This document shows, one piece after another, positions 1-9,163 of a stretch of DNA of 64,000 nucleotides (its first letter is position 1; each line of letters opens with the position of its first letter). Source of the DNA: Candidatus Azotimanducaceae bacterium (GTDB lineage Bacteria; Pseudomonadota; Gammaproteobacteria; Pseudomonadales; Azotimanducaceae); assembly GCA_045560765.1 (NCBI GenBank), contig JBJKZD010000013.1:77559-141558 (forward strand), given 5' to 3'. The notes beneath the pieces were generated by a model that worked only from the letters and a program-made list of their open reading frames with translations, was not told where the DNA came from and did no database searches. Position numbers and translations under genes: made by a program.

Positions 1-620
1 TTTTCATGGTAATAGCCACTGGTGGTAAATCGCCCTTGGCTTCGATCGAACCAATAGACCCCATCGGCATGCTTCCCCGCCATAGTAATCGCAGAGCGGT
101 CCTTACCCGCTACCGCAAAGACGCGATCCTCCGGATTCTTCTGTTTTGACCAATCACCCAACGTCGATGCCCGCATCTGTAGCGGGCTTCGGCCACCCTG
201 CCCACCAAAGGTTTGATGCGCCGGATCGTCATCTGCAACGCAGTAGCGGACCTGCCCGGTTTCACGATCGACAAAGGTATTGCTAGGCAATCCGTGATGA
301 CTGGGATTCTGTCCGGTAAGAATCGAGGCATGACCTGGACAAGTCGTGCTGATCGCATGAGCGAGCTGGCCTTCCACAAAAACGCGCCCTTGACTGATCA
401 GCCGGTTGAGACCGCCGGAAGTTACCTCTACAAGCCGGTCTCGGCGCAATTGATCAACGGAAAGAACCACCACAAGTGTGGGCGACACATCTTGTTCGGC
501 GATTGGTGTCTCGGCAAAAACCTGGCTGAAAAACCCTAAGAGGCAGGCTAAACATGTCCACCAAACGAAAACCAAACGAGACAGAGGCTGTTTGGGGCTA
601 AGGATTAAACACTTTTTCAT
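1..620 (-). CDS. Alkaline phosphatase / nucleotide pyrophosphatase (NPP, PafA-like) family protein, N-terminal part; 3' end runs off the window
   Basis: Not in the ORF track because there is no stop inside the window. Manual minus-strand translation from ATG 620-618 stays open to position 1: MKKCLILSPKQPLSRLVFVWWTCLACLLGFFSQVFA ETPIAEQDVSPTLVVVLSVDQLRRD...HAISTTCPGHASILTGQNPSHHGLPSNTF... It has a signal peptide plus the VDxxR.D and TTxPxHxSxxTG metal/nucleophile motifs of the alkaline-phosphatase superfamily. It supersedes track ORFs 110-379(-) and 213-539(+). Confidence 0.75.
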   Translation of the reverse strand, partial: MKKCLILSPKQPLSRLVFVWWTCLACLLGFFSQVFAETPIAEQDVSPTLVVVLSVDQLRRDRLVEVTSGGLNRLISQGRVFVEGQLAHAISTTCPGHASILTGQNPSHHGLPSNTFVDRETGQVRYCVADDDPAHQTFGGQGGRSPLQMRASTLGDWSKQKNPEDRVFAVAGKDRSAITMAGKHADGVYWFDRSQGRFTTSGYYHE

Positions 621-1317
621 GAGCGACCCTCCGAATCGTGATTATCTTGACCGCCTCGAGGGGCACATCGGAAAACCCATTTCGCATTCCCGTTTCTAAA
701 CTTTCGATACGCCGAACGACCTCTAAACCTCGAATCACTTCTCCAAAAACAGCATATCCAAAACTTTTGCAGCGCTTGGGTTTCATTAATCCTCTAGCTC
801 GGAGGGCTGCAATTTTTGCCTCCTCTTCCCTGGAACAACTCTTAGGCCCATGATCGAGACGAGCATTGTTTGCGGTATTAATAAAAAATTGATTTGAGGC
901 AGAGTCAATGTCTGACAATCTGGCCATGGCAATGGTCCCTATCCGATTACTGAGGCCATTATCTGCCTCATTTTTAATCGGTGGCCTCGAGGGGGACTCG
1001 GACAAGTCTTCGAAATGACCTCCGGCCTGGATCATGAAACCCGGGATCACTCGGTGGAAGATTGTCCCGTCGTACCCTTGTTGGTCGACGTAGCTCAGAA
1101 AATTCTCAACGGTTACCGGCGCCTTTTCAGGATCTAGTACCAAGACAATTTCACCCAAATTGGTTTCGATCATGACCTGATTAAGCGACGAGTCGGTTCC
1201 CTGACCCAAGCTCTGGGTCGGTCCGCCAGAAATCCCCAAAACCAGAAGCAGCATGATCCCAGCCAGTCTCTTAATGGCCAACTTTTGGATTTCCATCCTA
1301 GTATTGATCCCAGGCAC
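598..1317 (-). CDS. Cyclophilin-type peptidyl-prolyl cis-trans isomerase, exported (signal/anchor at N-terminus)
   Basis: Cyclophilin motifs GTIFHRVIPGFMIQAGG, NQFFIN and FGYAVFGEV are present. Hydrophobic N-terminus LAGIMLLLVLGISGG. It carries an extra Cys-flanked insert between LDHG and FGYAVFG. Confidence 0.9.
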   Translation of the reverse strand: MPGINTRMEIQKLAIKRLAGIMLLLVLGISGGPTQSLGQGTDSSLNQVMIETNLGEIVLVLDPEKAPVTVENFLSYVDQQGYDGTIFHRVIPGFMIQAGGHFEDLSESPSRPPIKNEADNGLSNRIGTIAMARLSDIDSASNQFFINTANNARLDHGPKSCSREEEAKIAALRARGLMKPKRCKSFGYAVFGEVIRGLEVVRRIESLETGMRNGFSDVPLEAVKIITIRRVAHEKVFNP

Positions 1318-2218
1318 TGAGGATCCCGCTGATTGCCATCAAACAGGCCATAGGATCATCGAGCATAAAATGGTGATGCGTTCCTGGTAAGGTCAGAATG
1401 GGCACTTTTCCCTCTGTGATGGATCGCACATGTTCGGCTTCCTGCGCGCCCTCGTCGGTTGAATGCTCGCCAAGCAGCACGGCAATTCGGCAGGGCAACC
1501 CTTTAAACTTATCAACCTGATCGACCCCCATCTCCAAGTCATCGTACATCGTGGGATCAAACTTCCAGGTGAAACCACCTTCGACTTCCCTAAGCGCCTG
1601 ATCCCCTAAAAAAGAAACAATGCCTGGATGACCGCAAGGCTGCTCGGGGATTAATCTAAAACGCCCCAAGGCAGTCTCTCGATCTTCATAAATTCGGGTT
1701 GGGCGAGCCGGCGCTCCATTTCGTTCACGCATCAACCCCCATTCCATGTAACGTTCTCTCGGCGCGACCGTAAAGTCAGCAAAAATGATGCCTTTGATGT
1801 CATTGCCGAAATAGTGCCCCAGCTCCAGCCCGACAAACCCCCCAAAACTATGCGCGACAACGTAGGGCTCAACGCCAAGCCCTGCGGCATCAATAACGGC
1901 GCGGCATTCCTTAGCATAGAGCTTTCCTGAATATTGACCCCGCCAACCACTGTCGCCGTGCCCCGATAGATCGAGTGCAGCCACTCTAAAATATTGTCCC
2001 AAAAACGGCGCAACAAACTGCCACCAATGCCGGTGGGCATTACTGCCATGAATCAATAAAATACCTCGGGCTCCCGGCTGACCCCACGCCGAGTAAACAA
2101 TTTCTGCGCCCTCAACGACCACTGCCCCTACCTCACCCACATCAGTGAGCGCGCGCTCAAACCATGAATCTTCTGAAACCATAAATCCCTCCCAGGCCGG
2201 AGTATCCCACGACCGCAC
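1298..2218 (-). CDS. Alpha/beta-fold hydrolase
   Basis: LLIHGSNAHRHWW oxyanion region, nucleophile elbow AHSFGG, C-terminal His region PGTHHHFM. Length of about 300 aa is typical. Confidence 0.8.
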   Translation of the reverse strand: MRSWDTPAWEGFMVSEDSWFERALTDVGEVGAVVVEGAEIVYSAWGQPGARGILLIHGSNAHRHWWQFVAPFLGQYFRVAALDLSGHGDSGWRGQYSGKLYAKECRAVIDAAGLGVEPYVVAHSFGGFVGLELGHYFGNDIKGIIFADFTVAPRERYMEWGLMRERNGAPARPTRIYEDRETALGRFRLIPEQPCGHPGIVSFLGDQALREVEGGFTWKFDPTMYDDLEMGVDQVDKFKGLPCRIAVLLGEHSTDEGAQEAEHVRSITEGKVPILTLPGTHHHFMLDDPMACLMAISGILSAWDQY

Positions 2219-2296
2219 TTCAGATCAAAACTCCCTTTGCCTAACTCCCATGAGAGCTGTTATCGTTTTGAGCTCTTAAAATCGGGGACAAGCAGT

Positions 2297-3010
2297 ATGG
2301 ATTTAACCGGCAAGAACGTGGTGGTCATCGGCGGTACTTCGGGCATTGGCCTAGCGACTGCGACAGCGGCACTGCAGCAGGGCGCACAAGTTTGGGCTGC
2401 AAGCCGCAGCCAGGACAAAATCGATCGAGCGCAATCTGAGCACCCTGACATTCATTTTTCCCAGGTAGACACCCACAATCCAGACGGTCTATCCACCCTT
2501 TTCTCATCGATTGGCCGCATCGATCACCTCGTCGGCGCAGCCACTGGGGCGACAAGAACGCAAGCGCCCTTCATGGAGCAAACCGATGCTCAGTTTCGCG
2601 CAGCTTTTGATAAGTTCTGGGGTTACACGCACGTGGTGCGCATGGGCACCCCTCATCTTGCGGACCAGGGCTCAATTACCTTGGTTTCTGGCACACCTGC
2701 GCGGCGCTGCAATCCAGGCATGATTTCAGTCTCGTGTACTGGCTGCGCCGTCGAGGGATTGGTTCGGGCCCTCGCAAAGGAATTAGCTCCTCAGAGAGTC
2801 AATGCAGTTGCGCCCGGCATCATCGACACACCAATGTTTGATCATTTTGGTGAAAAGAAGGCCGCGACCATGACCGCGATTGGCAAGGGCATGCCCCTCG
2901 GCCGGGTTGGCCTGCCCGATGAAGTTGCAGAGGCCATCATGTTGTCGATGACCAACAATTACATGACTGGGGTTGTCATCGATATCGACGGTGGCGCCCT
3001 ACTGGCCTAA
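2297..3010 (+). CDS. SDR-family (short-chain dehydrogenase-like) protein, atypical active site
   Basis: GKNVVVIGGTSGIGLATA dinucleotide-binding motif and NAVAPGIIDTPM. The start is chosen at MDLTGKN, whereas the track ORF begins at an upstream TTG (2237). By manual alignment the canonical YxxxK is replaced (SVSCTGCAVEGL). Confidence 0.8.
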   Translation: MDLTGKNVVVIGGTSGIGLATATAALQQGAQVWAASRSQDKIDRAQSEHPDIHFSQVDTHNPDGLSTLFSSIGRIDHLVGAATGATRTQAPFMEQTDAQFRAAFDKFWGYTHVVRMGTPHLADQGSITLVSGTPARRCNPGMISVSCTGCAVEGLVRALAKELAPQRVNAVAPGIIDTPMFDHFGEKKAATMTAIGKGMPLGRVGLPDEVAEAIMLSMTNNYMTGVVIDIDGGALLA

Positions 3011-3241
3011 ACCAATCGATACCATCTAAGCGGTTTGCGCTAGCCCAAGAGGCAGTCCAGCGGCATAACATCGGGCCACTGTCTAAGGCAATCTAGGAGA
3101 CGTCATCAGCGTACGGCTTTCCGCGATTCCCGCACCCCGGCGACCGTTTCAAAGCCGATTGGCAGAAGCGCCCTTCCAGAAAAATACAAAGAGAGGGCTA
3201 AAAAGCCTAAGGCTCAACCGGCGTCGCCACTAAAAATGGGG

Positions 3242-5419
3242 TTAAACGCCGTATTTCAGTTTCGCTTCTCTGCGCCTCGCGTGAAGCACGGGTTCGGTGT
3301 AACCGCTCGGCTGGTCCACGCCACTGAAAATAAGGTCACACGCGGCTTGGAACGCCACCGAGGATTCAAAATCTGGAGCCATCGGCCGGTAACGGGGATC
3401 GTCCTCGTTTTGCGCATCAACGATTACCGCCATTTTTTCGAGAATGCCCTGGACCTCGGATTGCTGACACAAACCATGTCGCAGCCAATTTGCGATGTGC
3501 TGGGACGATATTCGCAAGGTCGCTCGGTCCTCCATGAGCCCGACGTCGTGGATATCGGGGACTTTCGAGCAGCCAATTCCCTGATCGACCCAGCGCACAA
3601 CGTAACCCAAAATTCCCTGGATGTTGTTTTCAAGTTCTTCTCGAATCTCCGCGCTCGAGAGATTTTCACCGTGCAGCAGCGGCAAGGTCATCAATCCTTC
3701 GAGGGTCGCTCGGCTGGCTTTAGATATTTCGGCTTGCCGACCCGCAACGTTGATTTCATGATAATGCATGGCGTGGAGGGTCGCAGCCGTGGGGGACGGC
3801 ACCCAAGCACAATTTGCTCCCGCCTCTGGGTGGGCGGCTTTTGTCGACATCATTTGCGCCATCTCATCCGGCATGGCCCACATGCCCTTGCCAATCTGCG
3901 CCCGTCCTGAAAATCCTGCGGCAAGACCTCGATCAACGTTCCAGTCCTCGTACGCCAAAATCCAAGGTTGTTGTTTCATCAAGGTCTTTCTCACCACCGG
4001 ACCCGCCTCCATGCTGGTATGGATCTCATCACCGGTGCGATCTAAAAAGCCCGTATTGATGAAGATCACGCGCGCCCGCGCCTCAAAAATACAGGCCTTC
4101 AAATTGAGGCTGGTTCTTCGTTCCTCATCCATAATTCCGATTTTAAGCGTGTTCTCGGCAAGGCCAAGACAGCGTTCAACTGCGGCAAATAGGTCCACCG
4201 TAAATCTAACTTCCTCGGGCCCATGCATCTTTGGCTTTACGATATAGACGCTGCCGCAACGAGAATTCTGAACCCGACTCTTGCCCAACAAATCAAACAT
4301 CGCGATGGTGCTGGTCACAAAGGCATCCAGAATTCCCTCTGGGATCTCGCCACCTGATGCATCGAGCACAGCGTCTGAGGTCATGAGGTGACCCACATTC
4401 CGTATCAGTAGCAAGCTTCTTCCTGGCAGTGTCAGCGTATCGCCCTGCAAACCTTGATAACGACGATCGGCGGCCAGCGTTCGTTTAAGGGTCTGCCCGG
4501 ATTTCTCAAATGATTCCTCCAGATCACCTCGCATCAAACCCAGCCAATTCCGATAGACCAAAGTCTTGTCCTCGGCATCCACTGCAGCGACGGAGTCTTC
4601 ACAGTCCTGAATCGTTGAGATCGCCGACTCGAGCAACACATCCTTAACCCCCGCTCTGTGGGTTCGACCCACACTGTCCTCTCGGTCGATCTGAATTTCC
4701 AGGTGAAGATGGTGATGCGCCAGGAGAATCCCGCTTGGGGCGGCAGGCGAGCCATTAAAGCCCCGACATTGATCCTCATCCGATAGCGTCGAGGTACGAC
4801 CATCACTGCAGACCGCGACCAACCGACCGTCACGAATCTCATAACCCGCAACATCGCTATGGCTAGCGGCCTTCAGAGGTGCAAGACGATCGAGCACCTC
4901 GGACGCATAGGCAATGACCTGCTCCCCCCGCTGAGGGTTGTAGCTCCGTCCTTTTTCGAACCCCGGTGTTTCCTCGATGACGTCCGTCCCATAGAGCGCG
5001 TCAAACAGACTACCCCAGCGGGCATTCGCCGCATTGAGCGCAAACCGCGCGTTCATGATGGGCACAACGAGTTGAGGCCCTGCAATCTGTGCAATTTCAG
5101 GGTCAACATTGCTTGTCTCTATCTCAAAGTCGTCCGCCTCTGGCAAAAGATAACCAATCTCGCGAAGATAGGCCTCGTAGGCGGGCGCATCGAAAGTCTG
5201 TCCGGCATGCTCCTGATGCCAGTGGTCAATTTGCTGCTGGAGATGATCGCGGGCCAACAGCAGCGCTTTGTTTCTTGGCCCAAATTCACTGATAACATTG
5301 CTCAAACCGGCCCAAAATGCTTCAGCTGAGACAGGAAGCTCTGGTAGCACATCAGTCACGATGAACTCATGCAACTCGGGGGCAATTTGTAATCCAGCGA
5401 TATTGATTCGGTCACTCAT
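3242..5419 (-). CDS. glcB: Malate synthase G
   Basis: About 725 aa. The N-terminus [20 protein letters not shown] and overall length and sequence are characteristic of GlcB-type malate synthase. Start taken at MSDR (track ORF starts 4 codons earlier). Confidence 0.93.
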   Translation of the reverse strand: MSDRINIAGLQIAPELHEFIVTDVLPELPVSAEAFWAGLSNVISEFGPRNKALLLARDHLQQQIDHWHQEHAGQTFDAPAYEAYLREIGYLLPEADDFEIETSNVDPEIAQIAGPQLVVPIMNARFALNAANARWGSLFDALYGTDVIEETPGFEKGRSYNPQRGEQVIAYASEVLDRLAPLKAASHSDVAGYEIRDGRLVAVCSDGRTSTLSDEDQCRGFNGSPAAPSGILLAHHHLHLEIQIDREDSVGRTHRAGVKDVLLESAISTIQDCEDSVAAVDAEDKTLVYRNWLGLMRGDLEESFEKSGQTLKRTLAADRRYQGLQGDTLTLPGRSLLLIRNVGHLMTSDAVLDASGGEIPEGILDAFVTSTIAMFDLLGKSRVQNSRCGSVYIVKPKMHGPEEVRFTVDLFAAVERCLGLAENTLKIGIMDEERRTSLNLKACIFEARARVIFINTGFLDRTGDEIHTSMEAGPVVRKTLMKQQPWILAYEDWNVDRGLAAGFSGRAQIGKGMWAMPDEMAQMMSTKAAHPEAGANCAWVPSPTAATLHAMHYHEINVAGRQAEISKASRATLEGLMTLPLLHGENLSSAEIREELENNIQGILGYVVRWVDQGIGCSKVPDIHDVGLMEDRATLRISSQHIANWLRHGLCQQSEVQGILEKMAVIVDAQNEDDPRYRPMAPDFESSVAFQAACDLIFSGVDQPSGYTEPVLHARRREAKLKYGV

Positions 5420-5596
5420 TCGACATTCCAAGCTCGTTATTCTCGATTGGCAGTATACTATGACCTCTGAACCGTTAACATCAGCGTCTCGAGGACTGGC
5501 CTTTTCTTCTTTGGCCCGGACCCAATAGAGATTTGGTCAATGACTCAAAGAGGATACGTTTATATTCTGACTTTAGACGACAACAAGGTGAACCCT

Positions 5597-6511
5597 ATGC
5601 GCAATCATCGACTTCGGCGTTGTCACATGACCGTCCCGGGCAGCAACGCAAAAATGCTAGAAAAAAGCCTGTCGGTTGATGTTGATGTCATTGTGATTGA
5701 TTTAGAAGATGCGGTTGCACCTCAGGAGAAATCTGCTGCGCGAGCCCTAGTGGCCGAGCACCTAACGCAGGCAACATGGCGAGCCCCGACAGTCTCAGTC
5801 AGAATTAACGACCTGAACTCCCCGCATTGTTTTCAAGATGTTATCGCCCTGATCGAAGCGGCCAGCCTGAGCGGGCGGCGCCCAGACACTTTGATTCTTC
5901 CCAAGACTCAGACCCGTGCAGATATCAGCTTTTTAGACCGGCTGTTATTACAGGTTGAGTCCGCCCACGGGATCAAAGAATCGGTCGGCATTGAAGCACT
6001 GATCGAGGATGCCAAAGGCATGATCAATATCAATGAGATAGCCGCGAGCAGTCCACGCCTCGAATCCTTGATTTTTGGGATGGGGGATTTTGCAGCCAGT
6101 CAACACATGCCCATGCTTGATATTGGCCGTCAAGGCGCTTACCCGGGTGACCTTTGGCACTACCCTCGTTCTCGATTGGTCATGGCGGCGAGGGCCTATG
6201 GTCTTGTTCCCATCGACGGTCCATTCGCGGACTACAAAGATGCCGAGGGCCTCACCGCTGACAGCCAAACCGGGAAATTGTTGGGGCTTTCAGGGAAATG
6301 GGCAATTCACCCCAACCAAGTCCCAATCATTTCTGAATGTTTTTCGCCAGATTCAGAGGATGTGGCCCGAGCCAGATCACAAAAAGCGGCCTATGAGCAG
6401 GCATTGGAAGCCGGCCAGGGTGCTGTCAGCGTAGATGGCGTGATGGTCGACCAGGCCACGATGAAGCTTATCGAGCCTCTACTTGCTCAGGCCGATCTAT
6501 TGCAGATCTGA
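5597..6511 (+). CDS. HpcH/HpaI aldolase - citrate lyase beta (CitE)-like acyl-CoA lyase (malyl-/citramalyl-CoA lyase type)
   Basis: LRRCHMTVPGSNAKMLEKS...DVIVIDLEDAV signature of the CitE family. No citD or citF nearby. Start at MRNHRLRR is inferred. Confidence 0.8.
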   Translation: MRNHRLRRCHMTVPGSNAKMLEKSLSVDVDVIVIDLEDAVAPQEKSAARALVAEHLTQATWRAPTVSVRINDLNSPHCFQDVIALIEAASLSGRRPDTLILPKTQTRADISFLDRLLLQVESAHGIKESVGIEALIEDAKGMININEIAASSPRLESLIFGMGDFAASQHMPMLDIGRQGAYPGDLWHYPRSRLVMAARAYGLVPIDGPFADYKDAEGLTADSQTGKLLGLSGKWAIHPNQVPIISECFSPDSEDVARARSQKAAYEQALEAGQGAVSVDGVMVDQATMKLIEPLLAQADLLQI

Positions 6512-6562
6512 TCTTTATGGAAAGATCCGCGTACCAAATAAATCTCAAATGATGACTCATCC

Positions 6563-7393
6563 GTGCCCGAAGGACCCGAAATAAGACGCGCTGCCGATCG
6601 CCTCAACCAGGCCGTCCAAGGACGCCCACTAGAACACGTTTATTTACCCTTTCCGGCGCTCCGCCGTTACGGCACGAGGCTAAAGCGTGCCACCATCCAA
6701 GCGTTTACCCCCCACGGCAAAGCGTTACTGACACACTTCGACAATGGATTGACCCTCTACTCTCACAATCAACTCTATGGCCTGTGGGAAAACACTCGAA
6801 TTGGGGCTCCCTATCTCAAGGGGCGCCAATTACGCCTTGAGCTTGGCACTGCAGGGCAAGTGGTTCGTCTTTATAGTGCCACCGATGTCAAATTCTGGAA
6901 GACCGACTCACTCAAGCATCATCCTTTCCTGGTCAAGCTCGGACCTGATATTTTGGATCCAGACCTGTCGACCTCTCGCATCTCCGAACGCTGTCTAGAG
7001 CCCCGGTTCCGTAACCAAACCCTTGGGGCGCTACTCCTGAACCAAAGCTTTTTAGCGGGGCTCGGCAACTATTTGAGAACAGAAATCCTATTTGTCGCAG
7101 AACTGAACCCAGAATGGCGCCCACTTCAGCTGTCAGTAGATCAACGGTTCAACCTCGCAGACGCAGCGCTCACCTTAAGCCGGCAGAGCTACGATACCGG
7201 GGGCATCACCTTGAACATCGGTCAAGCGGAACGACTTAAGAGATCTGGTACAACGTTCGAAGATCACCGCTTTTGGATTTTTGATCGCAGCGGCCTGCCC
7301 TGTTATCGATGCGCAACACCGATCGCAGTTCGCGCGGTTGGGGGTCGTCGCTTATATTACTGTGCATCATGCCAGCCCAAGCCCCAAATCTAA
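6563..7393 (+). CDS. nei: Endonuclease VIII (Fpg/Nei family DNA glycosylase/AP lyase)
   Basis: GTG start followed by PEGPEIRR (catalytic N-terminal Pro, Nei-type rather than PELPEVE of Fpg). C-terminal zinc finger CYRC...YYCASCQ. Confidence 0.85.
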   Translation: MPEGPEIRRAADRLNQAVQGRPLEHVYLPFPALRRYGTRLKRATIQAFTPHGKALLTHFDNGLTLYSHNQLYGLWENTRIGAPYLKGRQLRLELGTAGQVVRLYSATDVKFWKTDSLKHHPFLVKLGPDILDPDLSTSRISERCLEPRFRNQTLGALLLNQSFLAGLGNYLRTEILFVAELNPEWRPLQLSVDQRFNLADAALTLSRQSYDTGGITLNIGQAERLKRSGTTFEDHRFWIFDRSGLPCYRCATPIAVRAVGGRRLYYCASCQPKPQI

Positions 7394-8820
7394 GCCGACC
7401 ACCCGCCGATGCGCTCTGGTTCATGCCCCTCGGCGGCTGTGGCGAAATTGGTATGAACCTGAACCTTTTTGGTCACGATGGCGCTTGGCTCATGGTGGAC
7501 TGCGGCATTACGTTCGAGCAAGAGGCCAGTGGCCAAAACCGCGTTGAGATGGCAGATCCAGGGCCCGCGGCCTCGGCATTGACTCACCTTGAAGGCATTA
7601 TTGCTACCCATGCCCATGAGGATCATATCGGCGCTTTACCCTATCTTTATTCACGATTTCCAAAAACCATTTACACCACGCCCTTTACTGGCGCAGTCAT
7701 CGAAGAAAAATTTCGCGGTCACGCTCTGCAACCCAACATTGACCGAGTCAACAGTTACGCCTGCCGCCAAATCGGTCCGTTCCTCGTCACCTGGCTGCCT
7801 ATTACCCATTCGACGCCAGAAACCCACGCACTGTTAATCGAAACGCCTGCCGGCAATCTATTACATACTGCGGACTGGAAAATAGATCCAAACCCTGTGA
7901 TCGGCCCAGAGTTTCAGATGCAGCAGTTCAGCACCGCAACCCTACCCCCCGTAACGGCCATGGTGATTGATTCGACGAATGCGCTTAAACCCGGACATTC
8001 GAAATCGGAACAACTCGTCAGTCAGGGTCTAAAGCGCGTCATTCAAAAATCCACTGGGCGCGTCATCATCGGTTGTTTTGCTAGCAACATCGCGCGCCTG
8101 CAGTCGATTGGATCAGCGGCAGCGCAAACTCAACGTCATCTCGCACTGGCCGGTCGATCACTGAGAAGAATGACCCGCATTGCCAAGCAAACCGGCTATC
8201 TCAAACAGGATTTTCCAGAAATTCCTCTATCTGATTTGGGCTACTTGCCCAACGCCAATGCCCTGGTCATCGCCACCGGCAGTCAGGGCGAACCAGGGGC
8301 GGCGCTATCACGGCTAGCCCTAGACCAACATCCCGACTTTGCACTGAGTACCGAAGATCTTGTCATCCTCAGCACCAAAACCATTCCCGGTAACGAAGCT
8401 GCAGTGAATCGAATGATCAAAGGACTGAAAGCTCAAGGCGCCGAAGTGATCGCAGCGGATGATCATGAAGCGCTGAATCTGCATGCCTCCGGGCACCCCA
8501 ACCAGGAGGAGCTCGATCACGTTTACAATGCCGTGCGCCCTTATATCAGTGTGCCTGTTCACGGCGAACCCGAGCACTTGAAGGCCAGTGCCGCGCGCGC
8601 CAGGCAACACCAAATCCCCCATCAATTAGTCGGGAAAAATGGTGATCTTTTCGTACTCTCTGGCCACCCTTCGATTCAGCGGGGCTGCCTACCCGCAGGA
8701 AGATTAAAGCTTGACCCCCAAGGAAAAAACCCTGACGCCAGCTTAAGCGCGATCGAGCTAGACTCGATCAAAAACGGTGGGCCCGCCCAGCCGCCCCGAC
8801 GACCGATGGGGCTTGCCTAA
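7369..8820 (+). CDS. Metallo-beta-lactamase fold ribonuclease, RNase J-like
   Basis: FMPLGGCGEIGMNLNLF N-terminus and HAHEDHIGALP (HxHxDH) motif. The beta-CASP-like remainder carries SGH near the C-terminal part. The exact start is uncertain (7369 or 7423). Confidence 0.65.
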   Translation: MPAQAPNLSRPPADALWFMPLGGCGEIGMNLNLFGHDGAWLMVDCGITFEQEASGQNRVEMADPGPAASALTHLEGIIATHAHEDHIGALPYLYSRFPKTIYTTPFTGAVIEEKFRGHALQPNIDRVNSYACRQIGPFLVTWLPITHSTPETHALLIETPAGNLLHTADWKIDPNPVIGPEFQMQQFSTATLPPVTAMVIDSTNALKPGHSKSEQLVSQGLKRVIQKSTGRVIIGCFASNIARLQSIGSAAAQTQRHLALAGRSLRRMTRIAKQTGYLKQDFPEIPLSDLGYLPNANALVIATGSQGEPGAALSRLALDQHPDFALSTEDLVILSTKTIPGNEAAVNRMIKGLKAQGAEVIAADDHEALNLHASGHPNQEELDHVYNAVRPYISVPVHGEPEHLKASAARARQHQIPHQLVGKNGDLFVLSGHPSIQRGCLPAGRLKLDPQGKNPDASLSAIELDSIKNGGPAQPPRRPMGLA

Positions 8821-9163
8821 AGCCGGGTCACGTTGAAACGGTATCAACTCGGTCCTCAACATCGCTCCAGTACGACCAAACCCAATCGCTCAAGGGCAAC
8901 CTAACATTAGGCGATCAAAGGATCGGCTTCGGTCCCGCTTAACCTGCTGTCCATAGATGAGGCGACGTGCAAGTCGTTTGCCTCCGCCAGCGTAGACCCC
9001 TAGATTAAGATAGGCCCATTAAAAAGCTGTGCTTAAAGGCCAGACCGAAATCACAATTGCGCTCGGGATGAGGATTCGCCTATTTATCGCCGGAGCTGTC
9101 ATCCCACCTGCTCCCCAAGCTATAGTCCCTTAATCGGCAGAGACTGACATCAAAGGCTTATCA

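Noticed and set aside
110-539. Track ORFs 110-379(-) and 213-539(+) as possible genes
   Set aside because: Neither product resembles any family. A third frame (minus) is open across the whole region and encodes a convincing NPP / alkaline-phosphatase N-terminus, so these two are wrong-frame shadows.
3236-3910. 224-aa plus-strand ORF (and several others) antisense to glcB
   Set aside because: It lies entirely inside the well-supported malate synthase G gene on the opposite strand and has no recognisable motifs. This is a typical antisense shadow ORF. The same reasoning applies to 4859-5329, 43125-43697, 44938-45486, 45712-46152, 46993-47460 and 58985-59458.
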